A stretch of 64,000 nucleotides of DNA, taken from positions 31,477-95,476 of the forward strand of contig CAZUJL010000011.1 of assembly GCA_964620045.1 (NCBI GenBank). The letters run 5' to 3'. This DNA comes from an uncultured Nitrospirales bacterium. GTDB lineage: Bacteria > Hydrogenedentota > Hydrogenedentia > Hydrogenedentales > GCA-2746185. Positions 1-9,086 of the stretch are shown piece after piece (position 1 is the first letter of the stretch; every line of letters starts with the position of its first letter). Position numbers and translations under genes: made by a program. Under the pieces are notes generated by a model. It had not been told where the DNA came from. It made no database searches and saw only the letters and a program-made list of their open reading frames with translations.

Positions 1-974
1 TGCTCATCATCGGCCCGTGGCCGCATGGCGGCGAGCAGACGGTCGGGGATTTCACGTTTCCGGAAAAGACCAAGTTCCAGTGGACGCGCCTTGCGCATCA
101 GTTCCTGCGGCACTGGCTGCTGGGCGAGGACAACGGGATCATGGATCAGCCGGCGGTGCACTACTACGTGCTCGGCGACTTCGTCGATCCGAACGCACCG
201 GGCAATGAGTGGCGCACGGCCGAGGATTGGCCGCCGTATCCAACCACGGCGACCTCGTTCTACTTCGCGCAGGATGGCGCGCTCTCGCAGACTGCGCCGA
301 ACTCGGCGGATTCGTTGCGTCGCTTTACCTTTGATCCCACCAACCCCACTCCGTCCGTCGGCGGGCCGAATGTCGCTATTTCGGGCGGGCCGCGCGATCA
401 GCGCCTGATCAGTTCGCGGCCGGACGTGTTGAAGTTCGAGACTGCCCCGCTTACGGAAGCCATGGAAGTGACCGGCGCGATCACGGTGTCTTTGCATGTA
501 TCGACCGACGCGCCCGACACCGACTTCCACGCGAAATTGATCGACATCTATCCGGATGGCCGTGAAATTAACTTGTGCGAAGGCGCGGCGCGGTTGAAGT
601 TTCGCGAGGGCCGCGAACAACCAAAGCCGGTTGTGCCGGGAACGGTCGTGCCGCTCGAAATTCGCTGCGAGTCGGTCAGCGTTGTGTTCAACACCAGTCA
701 CCGGATTGGTGTGCTCGTGTCCAGCAGCAACTATCCGCGCTTTGAGTTGAATCCCAATACAGGTGCGGATCGCCCGGTATACACCGTCACGCCTGCAGCC
801 GGCGCGACGCCGACCCTCGCCAGTCAGGTACAGATGAATCGCACGCCGGGTGAACCGCCGGAGGTCATTGCCGATCAGGTGCTCGACGCCTCCAGCGTCC
901 GCAATGCCCGCAACACGGTGTATATGGATCGCGAACGGCCGAGCGCGTTGGTTCTGCCCGTCCGCGCGCGTTGA
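1..974 (+). CDS. CocE/NonD-family hydrolase (X-Pro dipeptidyl-peptidase-like), C-terminal part; the 5' end lies outside the window
   Basis: Frame 3 is open from base 3 (LIIGPWPHGGEQTV...) and continuous with ORF 141..974. The beta-sandwich C-terminal domain pattern matches CocE/NonD-family hydrolases. Confidence 0.55.
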   Translation, partial: LIIGPWPHGGEQTVGDFTFPEKTKFQWTRLAHQFLRHWLLGEDNGIMDQPAVHYYVLGDFVDPNAPGNEWRTAEDWPPYPTTATSFYFAQDGALSQTAPNSADSLRRFTFDPTNPTPSVGGPNVAISGGPRDQRLISSRPDVLKFETAPLTEAMEVTGAITVSLHVSTDAPDTDFHAKLIDIYPDGREINLCEGAARLKFREGREQPKPVVPGTVVPLEIRCESVSVVFNTSHRIGVLVSSSNYPRFELNPNTGADRPVYTVTPAAGATPTLASQVQMNRTPGEPPEVIADQVLDASSVRNARNTVYMDRERPSALVLPVRAR

Positions 975-1033
975 AGCACTCGCGGCGCTCAGCGATAATC
1001 TGCGCTCAACGCCGTACTTGGAGGCCATCCGCA

Positions 1034-1594
1034 ATGCCGCGCATTCCGAAAGCCCGCATCGAAGCCTTGCACGACGAGGAAGCCTGGACCGCGCCGCAGC
1101 GCGAGATTCTCGTGCCGATTTCGCGCAACGGCCGGCTCTACAATGTCCACGCGACGATGGCGAACCATCCGGCGCTGGCGAAGGACTGGATGACGTTCGC
1201 GGGGCATATCGTGCGCCGCAGCACCGTGCCGCCGCGTGATCGCGAACTCGTGATCCTGCGCACGGCGTGGCTCTGCAAAACGGAGTACGAGTGGGCGCAC
1301 CACACGCGCCTGGGCCGCAAGGCGGGCCTCAGCGAGGCGGACATTACCAACATCACCAAAGGCCCGGACGCGCCCGACCTCACGCCGCAGGACAAGCTGC
1401 TGCTGCAGGCGGCGGACGAGCTCCACAAGGACCAGTTCCTGTCCGACGCGACGTGGAATGCGCTCGCGAAGACCTACAGCAAAGAACAGCTCATGGATCT
1501 TGTGTTCACGGTCGGGCAATACACGCTCGTCTCGATGGCGCTGAACAGCTTTGGCGTGCAGCTCGACGAAGGCCTTGAGGGATTCCCGAAGTAA
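1034..1594 (+). CDS. Carboxymuconolactone decarboxylase (CMD/AhpD-like) family protein
   Basis: ORF 971..1594; an internal ATG at 1034 gives about 186 aa, the usual CMD size. The AhpD-like helical pattern is present (RTAWLCKTEYEWAHH). Confidence 0.6.
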   Translation: MPRIPKARIEALHDEEAWTAPQREILVPISRNGRLYNVHATMANHPALAKDWMTFAGHIVRRSTVPPRDRELVILRTAWLCKTEYEWAHHTRLGRKAGLSEADITNITKGPDAPDLTPQDKLLLQAADELHKDQFLSDATWNALAKTYSKEQLMDLVFTVGQYTLVSMALNSFGVQLDEGLEGFPK

Positions 1595-1616
1595 CCATTG
1601 ACGTTGAATTCGCTTG

Positions 1617-1639
1617 TAGGGGCGGGGCCCGCCCCTACC
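1617..1639. terminator. GC-rich perfect palindrome between convergent genes (GTAGGGGCGGGGCCCGCCCCTAC), flanked by an A6 tract on the + strand
   Basis: A 23-nt perfect inverted repeat read directly from the sequence. It sits between the CMD gene (+) and the SRPBCC gene (-). No clear U-tract follows on either strand, so terminator function is uncertain. Confidence 0.35.
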
Positions 1640-1646
1640 GAAAAAA

Positions 1647-2099
1647 TTAACGCCGCTTCGCTAGAAACTTCTCCAGCTTGTCGAAACCGCTCTCGGATCC
1701 GGTTTTGTGCGCGTCGCGTGTCGCTGCGTCTGGATAGCCGCGCTGCGTAAGCGTCGCGAAGGTGCCGTCTGGAGTTTCGCGTAGTTCGAGCAGTCCGTGC
1801 ATTACACCAGTATCGCCGAATCCGTCCACCGGCGTGGAGGTCCATTTCAGGATCGTCGGCGCGTTCACCTGTTGATAGTCCATGTCCCAGGTGTAGGTGT
1901 CGCCGGCGCCGCCTGTCATCGAGAACCGCGTCCCGCGGCCCGTCTTCGGGTCGACCTGTATGTTCGTGAACCGGAAGCCCTCGGGACACCACCACTGGCG
2001 GAGGTCCGCGGGATCGATATAGGCCTTGAATACGCGCGCGATCGGTGCCTGAAACCGGCGTGTGATTTGAAATGATGTGTCTGCAGCATGGTCGGCCAT
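1647..2099 (-). CDS. SRPBCC / AHSA1-like (polyketide-cyclase fold) protein
   Basis: ORF 1647..2168; the internal Met (MADHAADTSFQITRRF...) gives about 150 aa with AHSA1/SRPBCC-like composition. Confidence 0.5.
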   Translation of the reverse strand: MADHAADTSFQITRRFQAPIARVFKAYIDPADLRQWWCPEGFRFTNIQVDPKTGRGTRFSMTGGAGDTYTWDMDYQQVNAPTILKWTSTPVDGFGDTGVMHGLLELRETPDGTFATLTQRGYPDAATRDAHKTGSESGFDKLEKFLAKRR

Positions 2100-2217
2100 C
2101 GCGTTTGCCTCCCGCACTACCGTTCTCGACCTTTTGATTCGGTTTGTCAAGGCCCGCGTGGAGCACATTGATCCAGCCCGATATCAACGTTACGGTAAAG
2201 GGCTTCGGAGGAACCTT

Positions 2218-3657
2218 ATGCGCCGGTTTGTTCGCATTGTCGTCGCCATCGCGGTCGTATCCCTGTCATTCGCGGCATCCGCCGCGCCGCGCAACATTGT
2301 CCTGATCCTGACCGACGACCAGCGTTTCGATGCGCTTGGTGTGCTGAATCCGTACTTCGAGACGCCGAACCTCGACGCGCTCGCGAAGAACGGCATCCTG
2401 TTCGAAAACGCCTTTGTGACCACGGCGCTGTGCTCGCCGAGCCGGGGCTCGATCCTGACGGGACAATGGGCACACAAGCACGGCGTGCTCGACAACGTGA
2501 CCGCGCTGCCCGAGGACACGCCGACGTTTCCGCGCATGCTGCAGCAGGCGGGCTATGAGACGGCATTCATCGGCAAGTGGCACATGGGCGGCGAGAGCGA
2601 TGCGCCGCGGCCGGGGTTCGACCACTGGATCTCTTTTCGCGGCCAGGGGATTTATTTGAACCAGGTCTTCAACATCAACGGCAAGTCCGTGCCGACACAG
2701 GGTCACAATGTCGATCGCGTGACGGATTTCGCGCTGGAATACCTGCGCCAGAAACACGACAAGCCCTTCATGCTGTATGTCTCGCACAAGGCGGTGCATG
2801 CGGACTTTGTGCCGGCAGAGCGCCACGCGGGCAGCTATGCCGGCCGTGACTATCCGCACCCCGCCACGATGGCGGACACCGAGGAAAACTACGCCGGCAA
2901 ACCGAACTGGGTGCGCGCGCAGCGGAACTCGTGGCACGGTGTCGACGGGATGTACAACAAGACCGTGGACTTCGACGACTTCGCGCGACGCTACGCGGAA
3001 ACGCTGCGCAGCGTGGACGACAGCGTGGGCCAGATCGTCGCGGAGTTAAAGGCCCAAGGCCTGCTCGAGTCCACGCTGCTGATCTTCAGCTCGGACAACG
3101 GCTTTCTGTTCGGCGAGCACGGTCTCATCGACAAACGCACGATGTACGAGCCGTCCATCCGCGTGCCGTTTATCGCGCACTGCCCGGAACTCTTCGCCGG
3201 CGGGCAACGCCGCGCGCAGATGGTGCTAAACGTCGACCTCTGCCCCACCTTTCTCGAGGCCGCGGGCGTGGCGATTCCGGATACCGTGCAGGGCAAATCG
3301 TTTTACCCCATTCTGACCGATGCGCAGGCGCCGGGCCGCGATGCGTTTGTGTACACCTACTTCTGGGAGCGCGATTTCCCACAGACGCCAACGGTGCTCG
3401 GCGTGCGCACGGACCGTTACAAGCTGATGCGTTTTCAGGGCGTGTTCGACCGCTACGAACTGTATGACCTGCAGGCCGATCCGGACGAACGCCATAACCT
3501 CGTGGGCGACTACTACGTGACCACCGAAGCCGGCCGCGTCGAATATCGCATCCGCTCGGAAGCCGACGCCGACACGAAGGCCATCTTCAATCAGCTCGAT
3601 ACGCGCCTGAACCAACTGCTCGACGAAATTGGTTGTGCCCGCGAACCGCATTGGTGA
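2218..3657 (+). CDS. Formylglycine-dependent sulfatase (arylsulfatase family), secreted
   Basis: Signal peptide (MRRFVRIVVAIAVVSLSFAASA). Sulfatase signature C-S-P-S-R (LCSPSRGSILTG), and LILTDDQR at the N-terminus. Confidence 0.85.
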   Translation: MRRFVRIVVAIAVVSLSFAASAAPRNIVLILTDDQRFDALGVLNPYFETPNLDALAKNGILFENAFVTTALCSPSRGSILTGQWAHKHGVLDNVTALPEDTPTFPRMLQQAGYETAFIGKWHMGGESDAPRPGFDHWISFRGQGIYLNQVFNINGKSVPTQGHNVDRVTDFALEYLRQKHDKPFMLYVSHKAVHADFVPAERHAGSYAGRDYPHPATMADTEENYAGKPNWVRAQRNSWHGVDGMYNKTVDFDDFARRYAETLRSVDDSVGQIVAELKAQGLLESTLLIFSSDNGFLFGEHGLIDKRTMYEPSIRVPFIAHCPELFAGGQRRAQMVLNVDLCPTFLEAAGVAIPDTVQGKSFYPILTDAQAPGRDAFVYTYFWERDFPQTPTVLGVRTDRYKLMRFQGVFDRYELYDLQADPDERHNLVGDYYVTTEAGRVEYRIRSEADADTKAIFNQLDTRLNQLLDEIGCAREPHW

Positions 3658-3678
3658 TCGACTGCCGAGGATCGCTCG

Positions 3679-4479
3679 ATGAGCATGAAGAACAAGGTGG
3701 TCGTGGTCACGGGTGCCGGCGGCGACGCCTCGGGCCGCGCCATTGCGCGGCGATTCGCGCGGGCCGGTGCGCAGGTCGTCGTGTCGGACATCAACGAGCG
3801 CGGCATGCGCGACACCGAGCGCTTGATCGAGGGCGACGGCGGGCGCGTGGCCGCCTGTCGCGCTGACGTGCGCGATCCGAAGGCCGTGCGACGACTTGTG
3901 GCCTATGCCGAAAAAACCTTCGGCGGGCTTGACGTGATGGTCAACAACGCGAGCGGGAAAATCGTCCCGGAAGTCACGATGGACGACTGGTTCGGCAATC
4001 TCGAGGTCGATCTGCTCGGCGCGATGTACGGCGTGCGCTATGCCATCGAAGCGATGCGCCGTGCCAAGGGCAAACGGGGAGGCGCGATCGTCAACATCGG
4101 ATCGACCTCGTCTCTCGGCTATGGTCCGCCCCACTCCTCCCTGCCCGGCTATGATGCGGCGAAAGCCGCCATCATGCACCTCAGCGCGTCGCTCGCCGGC
4201 CTGAAGGAGGAAGGCATCCGCGTGAATTGTCTTGTGCCGGACTGGATCGCGTCGGGCGACGTGCTCGCCGGAATCGCGGGCCTGTCGGCGAAGGAACGCA
4301 CGGCGTGGCGTGTTCCGAAAACACTGACGACGCCGGGGGAAATCGCCGATGCGGTCTTCGAACTCGCCCGGAACCCGCGGCTCGCGGGCCGCGTGATGGT
4401 GTGGTGGAGCGGTCGCAAGCCGGGCTTCCTGCCGCAAGCCGAGCGCGGTTACACGCGGCTCGAACGAAAGCCGCGGTAG
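3679..4479 (+). CDS. Short-chain dehydrogenase/reductase (SDR)
   Basis: The Rossmann motif VVVVTGAGGDASGRAIA is at the N-terminus. SDR catalytic region is present (...SSLGYG...YDAAKAA, i.e. the YxxxK motif). Confidence 0.8.
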   Translation: MSMKNKVVVVTGAGGDASGRAIARRFARAGAQVVVSDINERGMRDTERLIEGDGGRVAACRADVRDPKAVRRLVAYAEKTFGGLDVMVNNASGKIVPEVTMDDWFGNLEVDLLGAMYGVRYAIEAMRRAKGKRGGAIVNIGSTSSLGYGPPHSSLPGYDAAKAAIMHLSASLAGLKEEGIRVNCLVPDWIASGDVLAGIAGLSAKERTAWRVPKTLTTPGEIADAVFELARNPRLAGRVMVWWSGRKPGFLPQAERGYTRLERKPR

Positions 4480-4483
4480 CCTT

Positions 4484-5935
4484 ATGCGCATCACGCGTTT
4501 CATCTGGATCACGATCGCCGTTATGTGTGCCGCAGGCGCAGGGGCACAGCCCACGCCCGCGCGGCCGAATGTGCTGATCATTCTGAGTGACGATCAACGA
4601 GCCGACACCATCTCGGCCTACGGCAATCCACGCATCAACACGCCCAACCTCGATCGCCTCGTCGCGCGTGGATATAACTTTCGCCGCACCTACTGCATGG
4701 GTTCGCCCCACGGCGCTGTGTGCATCCCCAGCCGCGCCATGCTGCTGACGGGCCGGTCGTATCTCCGCATCCCGCTCGACCTCGGCAATGTCGATACGCT
4801 GCCGCAGCGCCTCCGCGCGGCCGGTTATACGACGTTCATCACCGGCAAGTGGCACAACGAAGCACCGAGTCTGCTCAAGAGTTTCGAGCAAGGCCGCGCG
4901 ATCATGCTGGGTGGCATGTCCAACCACGAAGCCGTGCCACTGGCGGATATTGGCGACGGCACACTGGTGAATCAACGTACAGACACGCGGTTTTCGTCGG
5001 AAATTTTCGCGGACACGGCCATCGATTTTCTGAAAAATGCGCCCGCGGACAAGCCGTTTCTGTGCTACGTGCCTTTCACCGCGCCGCACGACCCGCGCAT
5101 GCCGCCGCCGGCCTACCGCGAGAAGTACTATGCGAAGCGTCCGCCGCTGCCACCCAATTTCATGTCGCAGCACCCGTTCGACAACGGCGGTCTGCTCACG
5201 CGCGACGAAAATCTCGCGCCGTGGCCGCGTACGCAGGATGTGATCAGCGATCAGCTCGCGGAGTACTACGGGCTTATCGAGCATCTCGATGTGCAAATCG
5301 GCCGCGTCCTCGATGCGCTGGCGGCTTCGCCTTTCGCGGAGAACACCTACATCGTGTTCGCCGCCGACCACGGCATCGCGCTCGGCAGCCATGGCCTGCT
5401 CGGCAAGCAGAGCGTCTACGAGCACAGCATGCGCGCGCCGCTGATCATCGCCGGGCCCGGCATTCCACACGGCGAGACGCGCGCGCTCACCTATCTGCTG
5501 GACGTGGCGCCCACGCTGTATACCCTGCTCGGCATCGACGCGCCGGGCCCGCTCGACGGCGTTTCGCTCGCGCCGGTGTGGCGTGGTGAAAAATCATCTG
5601 TGCGCGACGCCATCTTTCTGGCATACGAAAACAGCCAGCGCGCGATTGTGGAATCGCAGTGGAAACTGATCCGGTATCCGCTGATCAACTACACACAACT
5701 GTTCGACCTCGCAAACGATCCCTACGAGATGCAGAACCTGGCCGAGATTCCCGAATACGCCGACCGCGTGGACGCCCTGATGGATCGCCTGCGCGCGGAG
5801 CAGGCCCACTACGGAGACGGGGCGCCGCTTACCGTCGAGCGCCCCGCCCGGCGCCAGGTCGACCTCACCGGTATGCGCGGCGAACCCGATCCCTGGCAGC
5901 CCGAGTGGATCATCGAAAAGTATTTCCACCGCTAA
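4484..5935 (+). CDS. Sulfatase (second paralog), secreted
   Basis: Signal peptide. LIILSDDQRAD; C-I-P-S-R signature (AVCIPSRAMLLTG). Confidence 0.85.
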   Translation: MRITRFIWITIAVMCAAGAGAQPTPARPNVLIILSDDQRADTISAYGNPRINTPNLDRLVARGYNFRRTYCMGSPHGAVCIPSRAMLLTGRSYLRIPLDLGNVDTLPQRLRAAGYTTFITGKWHNEAPSLLKSFEQGRAIMLGGMSNHEAVPLADIGDGTLVNQRTDTRFSSEIFADTAIDFLKNAPADKPFLCYVPFTAPHDPRMPPPAYREKYYAKRPPLPPNFMSQHPFDNGGLLTRDENLAPWPRTQDVISDQLAEYYGLIEHLDVQIGRVLDALAASPFAENTYIVFAADHGIALGSHGLLGKQSVYEHSMRAPLIIAGPGIPHGETRALTYLLDVAPTLYTLLGIDAPGPLDGVSLAPVWRGEKSSVRDAIFLAYENSQRAIVESQWKLIRYPLINYTQLFDLANDPYEMQNLAEIPEYADRVDALMDRLRAEQAHYGDGAPLTVERPARRQVDLTGMRGEPDPWQPEWIIEKYFHR

Positions 5936-6066
5936 CAAAGGCACGAATCGGCGCGAGCATCTGCTCGTATAATTGCAAGCGAACATAGTTATCTAGTTCT
6001 AATTATTAGTCTTTCTAAACACTCGGAAATTTCGACGGTTTCGTCGGTCTTTTTGGTGTTCGGGCA

Positions 6067-6095
6067 TTGACAGATCGTCACAGATGTCCTACTAT
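6067..6095 (+). promoter_or_regulatory. Near-consensus sigma70-type promoter (TTGACA, 17 nt spacer, TACTAT) upstream of the cytochrome c monooxygenase-like gene
   Basis: TTGACA at 6067-6072 and TACTAT at 6090-6095, inside a roughly 200 bp AT-rich intergenic stretch. GGGAG lies 8 nt before the ATG at 6144. Confidence 0.4.
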
Positions 6096-6143
6096 GCAAC
6101 GTGGAAAAAGAGGGGACGTTTCGTCCTAATCGGGAGCTCGACG

Positions 6144-7412
6144 ATGATTCGGTTGTCGTATGCAGTCCGCTTTGGCGGCACGCTGCTCGCCTGCGCCTTT
6201 GTTGCGCCGGGCGTGTTCGCTGCGTCGCAAGAAGGCGGCACGGTTACCTACACGAAAGACGTGTTGCCCATCCTGCAGAAAAACTGTGAGATCTGCCACC
6301 GCGCCGGCGGGCAGAACCTCGGCGGCATGGTCGCGCCGATGGCCTTCACGAACTACGAAGAGACGCGCCCGTGGGCAAAGGCGATCGGCAAGGCGGTCGC
6401 CAACAAATACATGCCGCCCTGGCACGCCGCGCCGCAGCACCACGGCCAGTTCGAAGGCGAACGTGGCCTGACCGACGACGAGATTGCCACGATCGTCCGC
6501 TGGGTGGAAACCGGCGCGACGCGCGGTAACCCGACCGATGCGCCCGCTCCGCTGGAATGGCCGCAGATCGATGGCTGGACGATCGGCGAACCCGATCTCG
6601 TGATCTCGATGCCCGAGCCCTATTTCGTGCCGGATGACGTGCTCGACGAAACGAAGTACTTCCCGATGAAGCTCACGGAAGAGATGCTTCCAGAGGATCG
6701 CTGGGTCAAGGCTGTCGAGTTCCGGCCGGACAGCGAAGTGGTGCACCACATGATCGCGTCGCCGTTTGGCGGACTCGCCCCCGGCAACATGCCGATCGTG
6801 TACCAGGAGGGCTACAGCGCGAAAGTAACCAAGGGCGAACAAGTCACTTGGAATATGCACTACCACAAGGAGCCGGGCCCCGGCACAGGCCGCTGGGACC
6901 AGTCTTCGCTCGCGGTGAAGTTCTATCCGAAGGATTACCAGCCCAAGCACGTGCTTTCGCTGATCCCGCTGGGCCCGATGGTGTTTAAAATCCCGGCGGG
7001 CGACCCAAACTATCCGGGGACGGCCGAGTATGTGTTTGCGAAGGACACGCTCATCAATTCGATGATGCCGCACATGCACTACCGCGGCAAATCAGTGCAC
7101 TATGAACTCCTTTATCCGGATGGTCGGAAGGAAACGCTGCTGGACGTCCCGCACTTCGACTTCAACTGGCAGACAACCTACCGCTTTAAAGAGCCCAAGG
7201 CCGTGCCGGCCGGCACGAAGGTGATGATCACCGGTTGGTGGGACAATTCCGCCGACAATATCTGGAATCCGGATCCGACGGCCGATGTGACGTGGGGTGA
7301 AGCCACCCACGAGGAAATGCTCTTCGGCTGGCTCTCCTTCACGAACGCGGATGAGGACGCCACGGCGCACCAGGGCATCCAGAGCTTCAGCGAACTGAAC
7401 GGCGACGACTAA
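6144..7412 (+). CDS. Secreted cytochrome c (CxxCH, planctomycete PSCyt1-like) fused to a copper type II monooxygenase-like (DBH/PHM-like) domain
   Basis: Signal peptide. DVLPILQKNCEICHR heme-binding motif. Histidine clusters are present (VHHM, MHYH, HMH) followed by conserved Met. Confidence 0.6.
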   Translation: MIRLSYAVRFGGTLLACAFVAPGVFAASQEGGTVTYTKDVLPILQKNCEICHRAGGQNLGGMVAPMAFTNYEETRPWAKAIGKAVANKYMPPWHAAPQHHGQFEGERGLTDDEIATIVRWVETGATRGNPTDAPAPLEWPQIDGWTIGEPDLVISMPEPYFVPDDVLDETKYFPMKLTEEMLPEDRWVKAVEFRPDSEVVHHMIASPFGGLAPGNMPIVYQEGYSAKVTKGEQVTWNMHYHKEPGPGTGRWDQSSLAVKFYPKDYQPKHVLSLIPLGPMVFKIPAGDPNYPGTAEYVFAKDTLINSMMPHMHYRGKSVHYELLYPDGRKETLLDVPHFDFNWQTTYRFKEPKAVPAGTKVMITGWWDNSADNIWNPDPTADVTWGEATHEEMLFGWLSFTNADEDATAHQGIQSFSELNGDD

Positions 7413-7433
7413 GACATCGCTACAAATGACAAT

Positions 7434-7476
7434 CGGCCCGCGGAGACGATCTCCGCGGGCCGATTTGTGTTTTTCG
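7434..7476 (+). terminator. Rho-independent terminator-like hairpin (13-bp stem CGGCCCGCGGAGA/TCTCCGCGGGCCG) followed by a T-rich tract
   Basis: Read directly from the sequence, immediately 3' of CDS 6144..7412. Confidence 0.6.
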
Positions 7477-7544
7477 TCCGTTAAACAAAAGTCGACTCAC
7501 GGATGCTTTCATGGTGCTCTGTGGTGAGCTGACGGAGTAGAGCG

Positions 7545-8063
7545 CTAGTCGCCGATGGGAATGGGACCGAGACAATCCAGCAGATCGAGGAGCTCGGATT
7601 CGGCACCGAGTGCGACATAAAACTCTCGGCAGCCAGGGCACACCGTGCGGGACTCAAAACTAAACGCGGATTCGTGAAGTTCGCGGTGCCAATGGAACAG
7701 GCAGTGTCGGCGCGGACACTGGAGATCCTCGGGCTCCAGCAGGGCGTTCTCGTTCAGCGCGCCAAGTTGGGTCCGCGCGACGAGGTAGCACGTCCGCATG
7801 TACTCGATGCTGGAGATGCCCGAGTATTTGGCGAGCTCGCGACTTTCCCGGGTCGTGATGCGCGCGAGATTGCGGTTCACGAGATAGACCGGCCGGGGTT
7901 GGGCTTCGTTTGTGAAGCAGAAGTGCACGTGCTTCACAACGAGGTCCTCTGCATGCCTGGGCGAACCGTGTTCGCCCACGAAAAATTGCGCGAGTTCCTT
8001 CAAATCAATAGCGGACTCATAGGTCGAGTACACCGCAATCGGTTTTGCAGCAGGCATAGACAT
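7545..8063 (-). CDS. Hypothetical protein with a C-terminal Cys/His zinc-ribbon-like motif (CPRRHC...H..H...CPGC)
   Basis: ORF 7545..8273. Sequence upstream of 8063 drops to about 35-40% GC, so the start was set at an internal Met (MSMPAAK). The true N-terminus is uncertain. Confidence 0.4.
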   Translation of the reverse strand: MSMPAAKPIAVYSTYESAIDLKELAQFFVGEHGSPRHAEDLVVKHVHFCFTNEAQPRPVYLVNRNLARITTRESRELAKYSGISSIEYMRTCYLVARTQLGALNENALLEPEDLQCPRRHCLFHWHRELHESAFSFESRTVCPGCREFYVALGAESELLDLLDCLGPIPIGD

Positions 8064-8834
8064 CCACGCATGTGTGAGGTTTACGTTGTAATTACCGATT
8101 TGGTCTAGAACATTACAGATTGCCCACGCAAAATTAGTAAATAGCGACTCAACCGGCGATGTTTTTTCATAATTATTGTATTTATTAGCAGGGCCGAACC
8201 TGTTTGCAGAAACCCGCTGAGGCATGGTTCTAAAGGCCGGGCCCGACACAGCAAGGGGACGAAACGCCCTCAATTTGTTTTGCCGGGACTACGTCGAAAT
8301 GCGGATGCGGTTTCTGGTGCACCGCTCCGGCTGCGACATTGCCGAGGAACTGCTCCACGTTCTCAACCAGGTGACACTACAGTCATTCATGGAGCAACAA
8401 AGGGGCTGTCCAATGGGACCGGAAACCACCGCAGCGATCATGTTCTCTCCAGATCCACTTCCAAATAGTTCCCGACAGTGGCAACGTCACCGTCACGAAT
8501 TTTTTGCCCACGAGAGAAGATTTCTTGAACGCCCTTGGTGGACTTGCGTTCAAGGATTATTTTGGCCGCGCGCGAAGCACGTATTCCGCCGCGGAACTGG
8601 GGCTGTTCGCACGCAGACGGCGATTGGGCGTACTACCACGAAGCTGAAGCGGGTGTTGATGGAAACCGAAGCCCCGGATGTGCCGGACGGCGCGGCCTGT
8701 ATATCGACGGAGACCTCCAAGCAGTGCAACGGCGATTCCGGGGCCAGCGATGGTTGCTGATCCAAACCGGAAAATCTGCTCGGCGAATAACGGAGGGTAT
8801 GCGCGAACGCGCGCATTCAGTCAGACTTAAAAGC

Positions 8835-8911
8835 TGGCGTACCCGGAAGGATTCGAACCTCCGACCTCTTGGTCCGTAGCCAAGCGCTCTATCCAGCTGA
8901 GCTACGGGTAC
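8835..8911 (-). tRNA. tRNA-Arg (anticodon ACG)
   Basis: Manual fold: acceptor stem GTACCCG/CGGGTAC, D-arm GCTCAGCTGGATAGAGC, anticodon loop CTACGGA, T-arm GGTTCGAATCC, genomic CCA. Confidence 0.85.
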
Positions 8912-9086
8912 GCAGGAATGGCAGCCGCAGAGTGTAGCAAATGACGGCGGGGCGCTCAACTGCGCGGGCATCTGGCTGACCTGCATGGAAAATTCCGTGG
9001 CGTCCCTGAATGACCGGGCCTGCGCGAGGCGGACTATCCGTATCAAAGATGAGTCCGCTTCTGGAATTTCGTAGTCTTTCCCTGAC

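Noticed and set aside
4181-5470. 429-aa minus-strand ORF antisense to the second sulfatase gene
   Set aside because: Arg/Ala-rich low-complexity translation that is typical of antisense frames in GC-rich DNA. It is fully embedded in a well-supported sulfatase CDS.
5953-5968. Short inverted repeat CGAGCATCTGCTCG after the second sulfatase gene as a terminator
   Set aside because: The stem is only 5 bp with a weak T-tract, so it was not listed as a feature.
8224-8760. 178-aa plus-strand ORF (and 8550..8816 minus) in the region next to tRNA-Arg
   Set aside because: Trp/Cys/Arg-rich implausible proteins with no RBS; the region was reported as a composition-deviant non-coding stretch instead.
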